Positions 51,401 through 63,692 of a stretch of 64,000 nucleotides of DNA are shown here, in pieces (position 1 is the first letter of the stretch; each line of letters starts with the position of its first letter). The DNA is from Diadema antillarum (lineage: Eukaryota). The position numbers were made by a program, and so were the translations under genes. The DNA lies in NCBI RefSeq assembly GCF_040938485.1, contig NW_027271528.1, positions 1,488,001-1,552,000 of the forward strand, read 5' to 3'. The notes under the pieces were generated by a model, which ran no database searches, had not been told where the DNA came from, and saw only the letters and a program-made list of their open reading frames with translations.

Positions 51401-54400
51401 TTATGTGTATATTCAAATTGCTAAAATGTTTATTAAATGTTCATACATAGATCTATTTCTGTTATATTTCTATGGCTCTCCCCCCCCCCCCCCCATAACA
51501 AAAACAAAAAAAAGATACATACTAATTACTATGAAGTACAATTGTATTGGTCAAAAACCAAAGAACAACATGATATGTGATTTTATCTATGAATTTGTTT
51601 TTCAAAAGAGATCTTGGGGGTGAGTACCTCTTTAATGTTTGAGTCTGTGGCAAGCGTAGTAACCAGCCAAAAAGCTCTACCTCCATTGACAGGGCATTAG
51701 GAGGGTCAACTTTTGTCCCTACATGATTTGCTTTGGTCCCCTTTTAGCTAGGGGGGAGCATGGATTACTAAAAACACTTTAACTCCAGTCACAGTCCTTT
51801 CAGAACAGCAATTATTCATTTGTGAACGTGTTTTGGAAACATTTTCTTCGTGTTCATGGAGTAAGTTTGTTATACAATGTCTGAAGACGAGTTTAAATCA
51901 CAGTTCTCCTGAACATGTTTCTCAAATCATTTAAAGCCAGTTTTGGCATAGAGGTTTCTCCTGATCATATTTTGTTTGAATCTGGCAGCACATTTATAAA
52001 TCGTAATCATTTGTGTGACCTCTATTAACATGTTTGAGGAGGTGGAACTTAGCGTGACCACCTTCGACTTCTGCCAATACGTTGCAAGATCTTTGGATGT
52101 ATGTGTCTCGTTTCTCCATGTTTGTCCATACAATTGCAAGCATTAATGTGTATTGGAAGTTGCATGTCTGATTGACAGGTCGCATTGCATGCAACACAGC
52201 TGTTGTTGTATGGAATTTCGTTTGGAGGTTTGTGGTAGGGGAGGAGACTAATTACATTGTCTGAACACACCGCAACTTTAAATGCACTTTCAAAAGTGTG
52301 ATACAGAAGCGTGTTTGCGTAGGGAAATTTCTGAAGTCTGAAATGGGGCACAGACACTTAACTAGATTTCCCCTGCCCAGCTGCCTGGAGATGTGTCCGT
52401 ACTGACACACTTGCGTCACCCTGTCACGATGAATAGATACTGTGTATAAGCATTGTGCATAGAGCATTAGTCATTGTAAAGGCAAGCTTTAATAGGGAGA
52501 TCTGAGCAAATACAAAGGTTCATGATAGGCACTCCTCCCTGTAACTTTGGCATGGTGACAACTAGGGAAAATTCCTGAAATGGTGGCATTGTAAAATGTA
52601 TTTCCTAAGAACAAACCTTGCATACTAGACAATAAACTTTATGGCAATAAACAACCTCTGCTATTGTCTGGGTGCATGAAGGGTGATGTGGTGTGTACGT
52701 GCAACTTCACTCTAGAGTTAATCACTGAAGAAGCCTTCAAATTCTGGTTTTGGTTCAGCTGACATTATAGCCAAACTTTTCTTTCATACCAGTCAGCACC
52801 TGTTAATGTAGCTACTAGAAATCAACCCCCCCCCACGGATTTTAACCCATTCCCTGCGGGAACCTGGCGGACTGTGTATTAAATCTATGGGGATTTCAGA
52901 ATTCAGCATGGAACGGTAGTAAAAGACATTGCTTGTAGTAGCAACCTGAGTGATCCTCACAGCTCAACAATATGAAAATACCATCATCATTGTACATGAG
53001 CATATTACCAAGGGACTGAATGGGTTACTGGGGCCAGCGACCACCTGACTTTACTGTGGCGGTCACCATTCCATGAAGTGGCTGCACACTTTGGCCCGAA
53101 TTCATGAAGGTGGTACAGTCTTGTCCATGGTTTAAACCATGGACAAAGACCGTAGTTTTTTATGAGGTGCCAAGTGTGGCATGGCCTATTTCGTTTTCGA
53201 AATCAGTCATTTCGTCGACGAAATGACCATTTCGTTGATGAAATGTTCATTTTGTTACGAAAGGTTGTCATTTCGTTACAAAGAGTGGTCATTTCGTTGA
53301 TGAAAGGACTGATTTCGTAACGAAATAGGCCATGCGACACTTGGCGCCCCATGGTCTTTGTCCATGGTTTAAACCATGGACAAGATCGTACCACCTTCAT
53401 GAATTCGGGCCTTTAGGTTGAGCCCATTCTGATTGTGAAACTTGCTAAGTTGTTAGGAAGTCCCTATTTGTGAAAAGTTAGACTTGCTAATTTTATGGCT
53501 TGCACTGTAATCTACATGAGGAAAACCTTAAATCATTTTTTTTTTAATGTTGATTTGTATGTATTCAACTTTTAATGTTACTTTTCCCAGGTATACGAGC
53601 CAAACACGTGAGGTGGAAGTGAGCGAGCATGGCGCCGTGAGGAAAAACTTCCGACTCCGACCTCTGACAAGTAAGAAATACTGTAGAACCAGAACTGTGT
53701 GCGTGCATTTTCATTGTGCGATTTTTGCAAGAGCCAAGATTCACCAAATTGAAATTCACACTAAAGTTCTTGTTTACACAATATGCATGAATGACAGAGG
53801 CAATTCACAAACATTTCATGCTGTGAAAAAGGCCGTCGTCTCCAATTTGCAAAAATTTCATGCCGTGAAAGTATCTTGCATTACAGCAGTAGCATTTTCT
53901 AAATGAACAAACGTATACTGTCATATCTCGAGTGGAGGGACCAAGTCAGCATGATTTATTTTGCAAACAAAAGTGCAATGTATTGAATGGATGTCAAATG
54001 TTTTGCCCCTCGATTTTCTAGTGAACGTTTTTGCAAGTATGTGCGAGGGGTCATATTGAAGTACCTCCTGGACATTTTTCCCATCTTAGTTTGGTATTTG
54101 ATCAAACAAGATGCCCAAACATTGAAAATAAATTTCCACACAGTTATATTTCCACATAACCAGTGCTAATTTGTCACAAGAAACACATTTTTATGAAGAA
54201 GTTTGCCTGGTATTAAATAACCATGCACTTAATAGTGATCCTCAATGTCATGGATATGTTTTGATTGATCACGTCTTATCAAAGCAAGCACATGTGGCAG
54301 TTATCTGATTTTGATTAGGCAACATGGATCCAGGTATTATTTAATGTTTGATCCATGGTATGATGTCAATCAGAAATGCATCATTACTCTGAGCTGTTGT

Positions 54401-57400
54401 AAAGAGAGAGAAGGTCTTTCAAATGAAAGGTACTGCTTCATTGAATGTTATTCTTGGATTGATGAGAACAATCTCAGTCTTAGTGATAAGGTCTTGTAGA
54501 GCCATGATTTGTAGAGCCGTACTTTGTATCGGTTTGTATAATAATGCTGTGCATTCACACTAGGTCCCCTCTTCCCCATCCTGTCCCTGTGAAGTCAAGA
54601 TGGGTCCAGGGACAAAATTTGGAAGAAAGAGTGATCTTGGGCTGTAATTGATAGCACCCAGCTGTATAAATCAAATGTGCGCATGTGCTAAGTCTGGTGT
54701 CGAGCGGCAGGGTTCGTCCTGAGCCCCGATTGCCCCTGTCCCAAGCCCTGATTGCCCCTGCCCCGCAGTTTAAGGAAAGCAGTGTGGACAGTCAGTCATA
54801 AAAAAGATAAGATCTCTACTGAATGTCCCCGCGATGCAGCGTCTAGTGACAGGGACAGTCCCCATGTTCACATTGGACCTCACGTCATGGAGACAGTCAC
54901 AAGAGATCTTACATTAAAGGACAAGTCCACCTTCATATACATAAGGATTGAGAAAATGCAGCAATATTAGTAGAACACATCAGTGAAAGTTTGAGGAAAA
55001 TTGGACAATCCATTCAAAAGTTATGAAAATTGTAAGTATCTGCGCAGTCACTGCTGGAAGAGAAGACTACTACAGTGTATGATGTCACATGCGTACAACT
55101 ATATAAGGAAAATAAAAAGAGAATTTCACAAAACTTTACTTTTTGAATAAAGTGCACATTTCTTCGACTTGCTACTGACATATGTTAAGTGTAATATTAT
55201 TCCCCCTGCCTTCTGAAAGAGAGAAGTCAAGTGTTCTTTTGTTGTGCGAGAAAAATGGAAATATGTTGAATTTTCTTTATTCTTTCTTTATATCGTTGTA
55301 CTCATGTGACATCACAAGCTATAGTAGTCTTTTCATCCAGCCGTGACTGAGCAGAAACTTCAAAAATTCATAACTTTTGAACGGATTGTCCGATTTTGCT
55401 CAAACTCTCAATGATGTGTTCTACTAATATTGCTGCATTCACTCAACCCACATGTCCATGAAGGTGAACTTGTCCTTTAATTGTATCTTTTTTATGACTG
55501 AGCGTCCACACTGCTATCTCAACTGTCCCTGAGCTGCAGGGGCAATTGGGGTTTGGGGCAAGCCCTGCAACTTTACACCAGACTTTACGCATTTGCACAT
55601 TTGATGAATACAGCTGGGGGCTAAAATTACTGCCCAAGGTCACTCTCCCCTCTCAGTTCTTTCCCCAGGACTGGACTTGCTTCGCGGGGATGAGGGGACA
55701 AGTCCCAGAGAGCATTCACATTGTAGTTTTTGAGGAGAAAGTCCCACAGTCCGGGACTGTCCCCATGTTGCAGGGACTAATGAGAACGCGGGAAATATCA
55801 CCTTGACCTGTTGGTCCCTCACCAACCCTTACTCTTTGTTCCCCTTCCTGCCCCGGCAGCTTTCATCGAGCCATCCCCGATCCAGCATCACAGCCAGGAG
55901 ACCACGGTCGTCTTCCTTCAGGACCTGACGGCCCGCTACCCCAACATCAGCCGTGTCTACTCCATCGGCGCGTCAGTCCAGGACCGGCAACTGATGGCCA
56001 TCGAGATCAGCGACAATCCGGGAGGCCATGAACCAGGTAGGCCACCTGGGGTGGGGGTTTGTTTTCTTTTCCTTCTGTTTATTGTCTCCTTGTATTCTCA
56101 GTATGTAGGCATATAGGCTGCGTTTGTCTAACTTGAGAGAGAAAATCACGTTTCAAAACGCGTTTGAATTGGTGTTTGCGAACGTAGTTTGAAACGCTTT
56201 TCTGGGGGTGCCACGTTTAACTAACCATCATACAATCGAGTGTTGTCACTGTGTAGCTACTTTGCGCCGTTCGACCTGGGAAGTAAAGGTCAACTGCGAA
56301 CCAGCAAACATGCCTTGATCATCAGTCACACACAAATAATGGGTAGGTAGAGAGCACAACCGGAAACAGCTGGGTTTGACCTTGAGATATAAACACGTTT
56401 CAAAATGGCATTGCGTTTATCTACTCACAGAATGGCGATCGTGGTCTCAAACGCGTTTCAAAAAGCCCTTTGAAAGGCATTTCAAAACACCGTTTAAAAC
56501 GCATTTGAAAACACGGTTGCGTTTATCTAACCCATGAAATGCTTCAAACGCATTTTTTATCGTGATTCTGCCTTAGAAAATTTTTAGATAAACGCAGCCG
56601 TAGTGTCAAAATAAGGTGAAGTGAAAGATAGCGGGTGAGTCAGATAGGATCCAGATATCCTCGTGTCCACTCCCCCTTTGATCCCCACCTGAAGAGGAAT
56701 AATAGGTAAGGTAAGGGAGGGGACTGGTTAGGCCCCAAAAGTCAAATTCTTCTATCCTGACCTCTTCCCCTCCTAGGCATCCCCAATCTGCAACTTCACA
56801 TTAACCTCGGGCTGATTTTGCTACAACACGCATTTCCCATAGAGACCTTGCCCGAGTATACTCGGGACTCGTCGTCAACGGGTTAAAAGATGGGGTAAGG
56901 TACGGTATGGATTAATTGGGATACAGGTTGAGGTTTATCTTGACTCATCCCTTTCCAATCCCAAGCTCACTAACCCTTTGTGTACACTCTGTACCTCAAG
57001 TGTTGGTTGGCACAGAAAACCCCTTAGCATGGTACACACTGTCTATAGTCCCTAGCGTAGAAATGGTTAAAGGGAAGCAGTCCAGAGATTTTCACTGTAC
57101 TGATAATTAAGAAGAGTAAAAAATATAACCTTTCACCAATTTATATGCGTGGACATCAAAAATTGTCTCCGTACGCGATTTTTAAAAAATAATTCCTGCA
57201 AGCGATCCGTGTAAGAGCCTGCCAAAAGGTGCAACGTCATTGATGCCCTACTCTCAAGTTGACAGCCGTGCCTCAGAAAACCAATTTAAGTGTTCAAAAT
57301 GATCATATCTGATTTTTTCATAAAATGTGACAATATGTGGTTTTATTATTTCAAACAAAATATTTCAAGCTTATTTATATATACAATTAATATGAAAATA

Positions 57401-60400
57401 AATAGTAAACATGTATTTATAAATAACTAGGGATGACGAGCAGAACACCGCTGGAAAGAGTTGTGCATCGATTACGTATGACTCTCCGCCAAGACTTGCT
57501 CATTTGCAGAGTCACACTTTTTTAACCGAAATGTACAAGCTTATTTGGTGATTTGAAAGTTTGTTTTTGATGAAAGTAGTTCATTGGAGGTACCAACAAC
57601 AACATATTTTTTTAAATTTCGTGAGGACTGCGTCCCTTTAAGAGTAAGGCAAGGTGCACAGTAGGGTGAGATGAGGTATGGCTCAACTCTCATCCCTCAC
57701 TGTAGAGGACAGTGAAGTCAGTTATGCAGAAAAGTATGGGTTACGTAGGGCGTGGAGTTCCCCTTCATCTCCCTTTCATCTCTCATTGGTAGAGAAAATT
57801 AAGGTAAGGTCTCATATCGTCACTGGGGCGACAAAACCTCGTATCTACAAAATTTCAAATGTTCAGGAGAGCCAAAAAACATGGCGGCCAAAGCACTATG
57901 GCGAATGGGATAGCCTTTCCTTTGACATGCCGTGGGGCTTCATTTTTGGAGTAAGACAGTTGGGATTTGGACAGGACATCACTTAACCCATTATGTGACC
58001 ATTAATCCAAAAAAGTCATTTTCACCAAAATTGCAGATACAAGGTCTTGTCACCCCAGCGACGATATGAGGTTCTTAATCTTCCTCAACATAGCCATTAG
58101 AACATCTTTCATGATGAAGGACTCTAACTCCTTGCTTGCTGTGTCTTACGAAGACAATTAAACAAAAAAAATTCCACACATTGCAATATGTGGATGCATC
58201 TTCTCCACTTACAATACATGCAACTATTTTTCCCAAGTAGTATATTTTGTAAATCGTACCATATATATTCCATTATTCCTATCTGAAATTCAATTTGTGT
58301 AGTATTGTTTGATGTATACGTGTCAGTTCTTCTCTTGGTCTATTGAGAGTTGAATTTATTGTCTTAGCAAAAGGAAAAAAAGATGTAAATATGTTAATGG
58401 ACGACTAATACAAATATACTGTGCGTGCTTTGTGTATTGCAGCTGAACAGAAAGGAGAGATGGCATGTTTAATGTGTGCTTTCTTTCCGAACAAACAAAG
58501 CAAAAGCTGAATGTGTTTTGCTTTTTCGGCACAGACCGTTTGTGAATGTGCACTTGATTTTTGCTTTGGTTGAGTGATTGCAGAAGTGTTTGACTTTCAG
58601 TCTGTACTGCTTTGTTACAAGATGTGCAACGGTGAATTGTGCGAGGTGCTCCTGTGTACCAGTGTAGTATCCGGTGTTAGAGAAAAAGTGAACAATAAGC
58701 TGAATGCTGCTTCCCTTGCTTTATGCTTGGTTATGCTTTGTAATTTGTGATGGTGTTATACACTGAAATATTTGTACACCAGTGTGATGTAATGTGTTCC
58801 ACTCTGTACCGCATTTAACACTCATATCATCACAGTGTTACACTGTCTATGGCAAGTTATGTTAAACATTGCTGTACTAGTATGTGTGATAACACCTTCA
58901 TTCTGTGTAGTGACTTGCAGAACACCTTAAGACTACTTTGTGGCAGACTATAGCATAGTAGTTCATGTTGTACACTGCTTAATCACCGTTGGTTCTGTCC
59001 ATGCATTGCTACCATCATCAGCTTCCCTGCCGCGCTTTTCTGTTGTGCTAATGAAGTCTTGCATCCCTCAAGCAGTGTTTAGAAAGTGTAGCAATGTGTA
59101 GAAGATGTGTTAAGATTTCATGTACTTCAGTGTCTTTCTTTGTACACCAAGGACAGGTTTGTCCTGAGGTTATATTCCTCTTGCATCCATCTGTCTCATC
59201 CCCTTCCCTTCCCCTCCCCCATCCCTCCCTCCATCTCCAGGAGAACCAGAGATGAAGTATGTCGGTGGTATCCACGGCAACGAGGTGGTGGGCGGAGAGA
59301 TGCTGCTCCTCCTCGCCCAGTTCCTGTGCGAGAACTATGAGAGCTCAGACCGGGTACGCTGGCTGGTGGACAACACCGGGATCCACATCGTGCCCAGCAT
59401 GAATCCAGACGGCAAGGCGGCGGCCCATGAGGGTGAGTCAGTTCAGGACAGTCACCGCCCCCCCCCCCCCCCCCCCGACAATAAAAAGAAGGAGAAAATG
59501 AATGGAGTGTTGATTATGTTGGGCAGACTGATGACGCGTACACAGAAGATGATCCCATTGATACCATGAATGATAACGTGGCTGATAAAGATGACTGCTG
59601 ACAATGATGTTGATGATGTTGCAGTCATCAATATTTGTGCTGAAGATGATAACACCAAAGCTGTTGATTTGGTGACCATAGAGTGATGTGGATGGTGAAG
59701 ATGTAGAAATGATAACAGGAGAGGTAGCTACAATAATGGTAAAATGTTAGTTATGATCGTGTTAGTATGTCTTTAATGAGGTAGAGGAAAACAAAAACAA
59801 CACCCAGTTGATAAGATCATGATAATAATTGAAGGTTATGATGGAGTTGACAATGATAATGATTGAAGCTCTTTAGAGATATGTAAAGTTACTGGCAGGA
59901 AGTTGGAACATCCATCTGTTCACCATAATAAAGTTATCAGGTTCATGTATTAACCCACCTCTGACACTCTTTTCCACCATGCATGTAAAAAAAAAACCCA
60001 AACCCCCAAAACAAGGTGACGTTGATGGCATAGTTGGTCGCAGCAACCACCGCAACATCGACCTCAACCGCAACTTTCCGGACCGGTTTGGCCGCAGCAC
60101 AGGCCCGATCCAGCCAGAGACCCAGGCCATCATGAACTGGACCAAGAAACACCCGTTTGTCATCTCTGCTGGACTCCACGGGGGCTCCATCGTCGCCAAT
60201 TACCCCTATGATGGGAACAAGGACCAGAGCACGCACTACACGCCTGCACCGGACGACGACACCTTCCAACAGCTGGCACTTGCATTCTCAACCGTAAGAT
60301 ACAATTAAAGGCAGAGGTTGATATGACATGTGAAGATTATTTGTCATACATTCAACGACAACATCAACAACAAAAACTTAAGCCATTTTTGGATGAGAGT

Positions 60401-61246
60401 GCCAAACTTTCAGTTACATGAATACATAAAAATCCTCAAATGTTGCAAAGCTGCGCNNNNNNNNNNNNNNNNNNNNNNNNNNNNNNNNNNNNNNNNNNNN
60501 NNNNNNNNNNNNNNNNNNNNNNNNNNNNNNNNNNNNNNNNNNNNNNNNNNNNNNNNNNNNNNNNNNNNNNNNNNNNNNNNNNNNNNNNNNNNNNNNNNNN
60601 NNNNNNNNNNNNNNNNNNNNNNNNNNNNNNNNNNNNNNNNNNNNNNNNNNNNNNNNATAAGAGAGACTGTTTTCCATGCACGCCCTGTATTGTTCATGCA
60701 TTGCATAACTATTGTCCAGTTTTCTCACCCTATGATGAAAAATTGTTATGATGTTCTGTATCCTATAGCACCTTCTCTTCTAGAAGAAAAATGAAAATGA
60801 CACTTTGTCGCCCATCACACAAGATATTTTTTGTGGGTTTATAGCACCTTGAATTTGTCAATTTTCACTGTGCCACATTAAACTAATCAGCTGGATTTAT
60901 TAGTGTGGAAAGTAGTCATTTTTAGCAAATATATTGAAAAAGGCTGCAACTACTTAGGATTGGACCACAGCACTGACCTACCTCCCAAACCTAGAGAAAT
61001 CTTGAGAATACGAGAACTTCAAAGACTAAAACCAAGCCAAGCACGATTTTATTCCACTAGAATGAGACAATGTTGAGATATATCATCCAACCTCTGTGGG
61101 CACTTATCGTGAATCTGGTAATTCCCTCCCATCTGTGTGATAGGCACATGGTGTGATGTACAGCGGTTTCCCGTGTCCATTGGGCTATCCGGACGAGAAG
61201 TTCCCCGACGGGATTACCAATGGGGCAGATTGGTACCTCGTCTATG
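27485..61246 (+). CDS. CPD: Carboxypeptidase D (M14B), first 8 exons; gene continues beyond the window
   Basis: Exons (+): 27485 (or 27512)-28454, 29051-29193, 49958-50127, 53591-53670, 55860-56036, 59241-59432, 60016-60293, 61144-61246. All introns are GT-AG and phases join. Signal-peptide-like N-terminus. Domain I has [26 protein letters not shown] and [13 protein letters not shown]. The beta-sandwich reads [17 protein letters not shown]. Domain II has GGIHGNE, NRNFP, GLHGG and GITNGADWY. Tandem M14B domains distinguish CPD from CPE/CPN/CPM. Confidence 0.93.
30447..31013. mobile_element. Kolobok-like TTAA MITE, copy 2
   Basis: TTAA..CACCTTCATAAACATAAGGATTGAGA at the left end; TTATGTTTATGAAGGTGAACTTGTCCT|TTAA at the right end. 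Confidence 0.8.
32070..32177. mobile_element. 108-bp PIF/Harbinger-like MITE
   Basis: TIR GGCGTTTTCACATCAGCCC / GGGCTGATGTGAAAACGCC; flanks TTA / TAT. Confidence 0.7.
38253..38792. mobile_element. 540-bp PIF/Harbinger-like MITE
   Basis: TIR GGCCCGGTTGCATAAAAG / CTTTTTATACAACGGGGCC with a CTG/CTG 3-bp TSD. Confidence 0.75.
41001..41160. repeat. (GTA)n-rich microsatellite, left half; right half at ~45266-45490
   Basis: The same degenerate agtagt tract lies on both sides of the 4.1-kb TIR element. Confidence 0.85.
41166..45262. mobile_element. 4,097-bp TIR element (PIF/Harbinger-like termini) with no recognisable transposase
   Basis: Left GGCCAAGTAAAAAAAGAAACCAGTTTCTCGTCC; right end reverse-complements to GGCCAAGTAAAAAAAGAAAGTAGTTTCTCGTCC (31/33). 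TTA/TTA TSD; inserted in a GTA microsatellite. Confidence 0.85.
42662..43059. mobile_element. ~400-bp MITE nested in the 4.1-kb element
   Basis: Perfect 16-bp TIR AGTTCCATGTGTACCG / CGGTACACATGGAACT. Confidence 0.7.
46481..47130 (-). mobile_element. 5'-truncated LINE (L2/Crack-like) 3' end with UTR and (AAAT)n tail
   Basis: [82 protein letters not shown]; tttatttattt tail at ~46481-46500. Confidence 0.8.
47612..47822. mobile_element. ~210-bp TA-flanked Tc1/mariner-pogo-like MITE; second copy 53679-53886
   Basis: TACTGTAAAAC..GTTTTACAGT termini; the internal caatttgc(g/a)aaaattt core is shared by both copies. Confidence 0.65.
50851..50985 (+). mobile_element. Degenerate tRNA-derived SINE
   Basis: A-box-like TGGTATAGTG and B-box-like GGTTTTGATAC, followed by a cccaggtgt..aatgggta core seen in deuterostome SINE2 families. 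Confidence 0.4.
53093..53411. mobile_element. 319-bp palindromic PIF/Harbinger-like MITE
   Basis: TIR GGCCCGAATTCATGAAGGTGGTAC; each arm contains the self-palindrome TGTCCATGGTTTAAACCATGGACA; TTT/TTT flanks. Confidence 0.85.
54560..55710. repeat. Diverged foldback element (~250-bp inverted arms) enclosing a younger MITE
   Basis: GCAGTGTGGACAGTCAGTCATAAAAAAGATA pairs with TATCTTTTTTATGACTGAGCGTCCACACTGC; CAGCTGTATAAATCAAATGTGC pairs with GCACATTTGATGAATACAGCTG. Confidence 0.7.
54918..55476. mobile_element. Kolobok-like TTAA MITE, copy 3 (perfect TSD)
   Basis: TTAA|AGGACAAGTCCACCTTCAT ... ATGAAGGTGAACTTGTCCT|TTAA. Confidence 0.85.
56116..56599. mobile_element. 484-bp PIF/Harbinger-like MITE
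   Basis: TIR GGCTGCGTTTGTCTAA / TTAGATAAACGCAGCC; internal aaacgc(g/a)ttt repeats. Confidence 0.7.
57071..57637. mobile_element. 567-bp TTAA-flanked element (second Kolobok-like family)
   Basis: TTAA|AGGGAAGCAGTCC ... GGACTGCGTCCCT|TTAA. Confidence 0.7.
57799..58078. mobile_element. ~280-bp TTAA-flanked MITE
   Basis: ~40-bp inverted repeat CTCATATCGTCACTGGGGCGACAAAACCTCGTATCT / AGATACAAGGTCTTGTCACCCCAGCGACGATATGAG. Confidence 0.7.
60457..60656. other. Assembly gap (200 N) inside CPD intron 7
   Basis: Run of N. Exons 7 and 8 join in phase across it, so no coding exon appears to be missing. Confidence 0.98.
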
Positions 61247-63692
61247 GTGAGTGGAGCAAGAGTTAAGTCAGGCGGCAGTGCTGCTTACGCATAAGAATGC
61301 TTCTTAACCCTTTGGCTACAGTGCAGGAATTACCTGTGGCTGAGTTCTGTGAGAATGTAATTTGTGTTACCCAAGTGTGGGGCAATCATTATTAGTCCAT
61401 GGGCCAAGACCAGATTTTTACGATATTGGTACCACTTAAAGGGACAAATTCTGCTTATGCATTTTGAAATGGTATGTATCTGTAGATGATATTTTGCTAT
61501 GATAGCAATTCCAGAGAAGTAGCTTAGTCTCAGTATCAGCCGTTAACCCTCATAACTCCAAATACCTTTTTTATGCTTGGTAAACCATGGAGGGCACAAT
61601 CTGCTCCCTCTATCATTTCAATATTTTTCTATCAATTGCTCTGAAATGTGGCACAAATGTAACTCAAGACGTACTCTACAAAATGGCACCATCAAAACTT
61701 TTCTTGGAAACCACAAAGAGGGAGCAATTTGTCAAAATACAAAGAAAACAAAGAGAATTCCATTAAATAATATTAGATTAACTAATTTTAAGACATACGT
61801 CGGGCAGTCAAGGCGAAATTGCGAATAGTTTTTGCTGTTGATTTCTATCTAGACATATAAAGACACATTTGAACTTCATTTTAACCTTTTCGGAGCATTT
61901 ACAGGTCCAAATCTTAAGAAAATGGTGTTTACCACAGAAAAAAATCAAGACAAAACACAAGAGGGCGCTGTAGTTTTTTCAAACATAATTGAATACTTCC
62001 TTTAAAAGTAGAAAATTTTATTATTTTATCTTGTGAATACATAAGATAATAAGTAACAAAATAAGGGTCAAAATGTGAAACGGAACTTGCTTATGTTTAT
62101 TTGTTGCCATGGTAACCAAAATACGTTAACACTAAACATATCTTATACAACGTATATGCGTAATAAGTTTCGGGAAACGACATCAAATTTGGAGGTGATC
62201 AGACAATATATCAAACTTATAGTGAGCAAAATTTAAAATTTTCAGTATCAACGGAGCACCTCTCTCTCCAAATTTTTGCTATTTTGGAGATAATAACAAT
62301 TCATCCACTGTCACTTAAACAAATGCGAGGGAATCCCCATTCCACATACGCGAGCTGTTGCATTCTTCGTGTTCTTAGAGTTGTTATTCAACTATGCGAT
62401 CAACACTTTGGAGAATATTTAGGGGGAAAGAGTGAAAAAACACGGCATTTCAAAGGACACTATCAATGGCGAAATTGTGTCTGTCACCTTTTGTCAAAAT
62501 CATGATTACTATATTCGTAATCAAATAATTCTGTACCACTCCAAATAACCAACATTTCGATATCATTTTGACATATGCACCTCAACAAACAACTCCCAGG
62601 TACCAAAACGTCAATAGCGAGATATCTACATATTCAGCAAAATTAAGAGCGCAACGAGAGATAGCAAAACATCCTTCTTAATACTAAAGGTCTTATAATT
62701 CTGCAAAACGGGTGAGTTAATGTTACTAAATATACGAAACACTCTTCAGAATAAATTTACTTCGACACCTAATGGAAAGGATAAAGTGACAGGAAATAGG
62801 ATAGATAGTGCCATGATAATCATACCAAAAGATATACGAAAAACGAACATTAATTCTAATTCAAACAAACTAATGAGCAAACACAAAATAGGCACGCAGA
62901 TGTATATTATGGACGTTAATCGAAAAGAGAGAGTTTTGGGGCGGCTTTGTTCTACTGTCTTGTTTTTATATACGATTTTCGATATACTGGGGAGTAGCAA
63001 ATCTCCGCAAATGCAAATAGAGCTATGTCGACGGAGCAAATTAGTGCTTGTTGCAGAGTATTGTCAGAATTTTCAGAGCAATTGCATTTTGGTAAAGTTT
63101 CATAAGTCTGGAACAGGGAAGAATTATTATAATGATCCCCTCTGACACAAGGTATAAAAAAATTCCAAGTAGATATCAAGAAACAAATAGAATTGCGGTG
63201 AAAAGTCGAAATTACTTTGCTCCTTGCCATGCGTCATGCTAGAATAACCAAGTTGCGAGAAGCACAATTAACAACCTCCCCCCCCAAAAAAAGGATGATT
63301 TCTTCAATTGTTGAATGGCTTACTCAATATCTGATAAATCATTTGAAAATGTGATGTATAATTACATGTAAAAAAAAAAGTCTGGTTTGGGGTTAAAAGT
63401 CTAGGAATGGGAATGGACAAAACCCTCCAATTCCCTTGCTGTATACAACCCATATGGGGTACGACCGCGGTCATTTTCTGGTATCACGATCTGCAAATAC
63501 CTTGTTTGAGGCTGTTATCTAACTTTATATATAATGGAATTTACATCAGTACTCCGCTCTTCCGCTCTGTATAATCTCATCATTTTGAACTGCCATCTTT
63601 ATTGTGATTACTCCATAATTCCAATTTTCATTGTTCTTCCAAACAGGAAATTTATTATCACTTATCTTATTATAATAATATGTAAGCCTTGA

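Noticed and set aside
60330-60794. ORFs spanning 60330-60794
   Set aside because: Artefacts of translating through the 200-N gap.
62720-63145. 141-aa ORF
   Set aside because: AT-rich with no recognisable motifs; it lies in repeat-like sequence of CPD intron 8.
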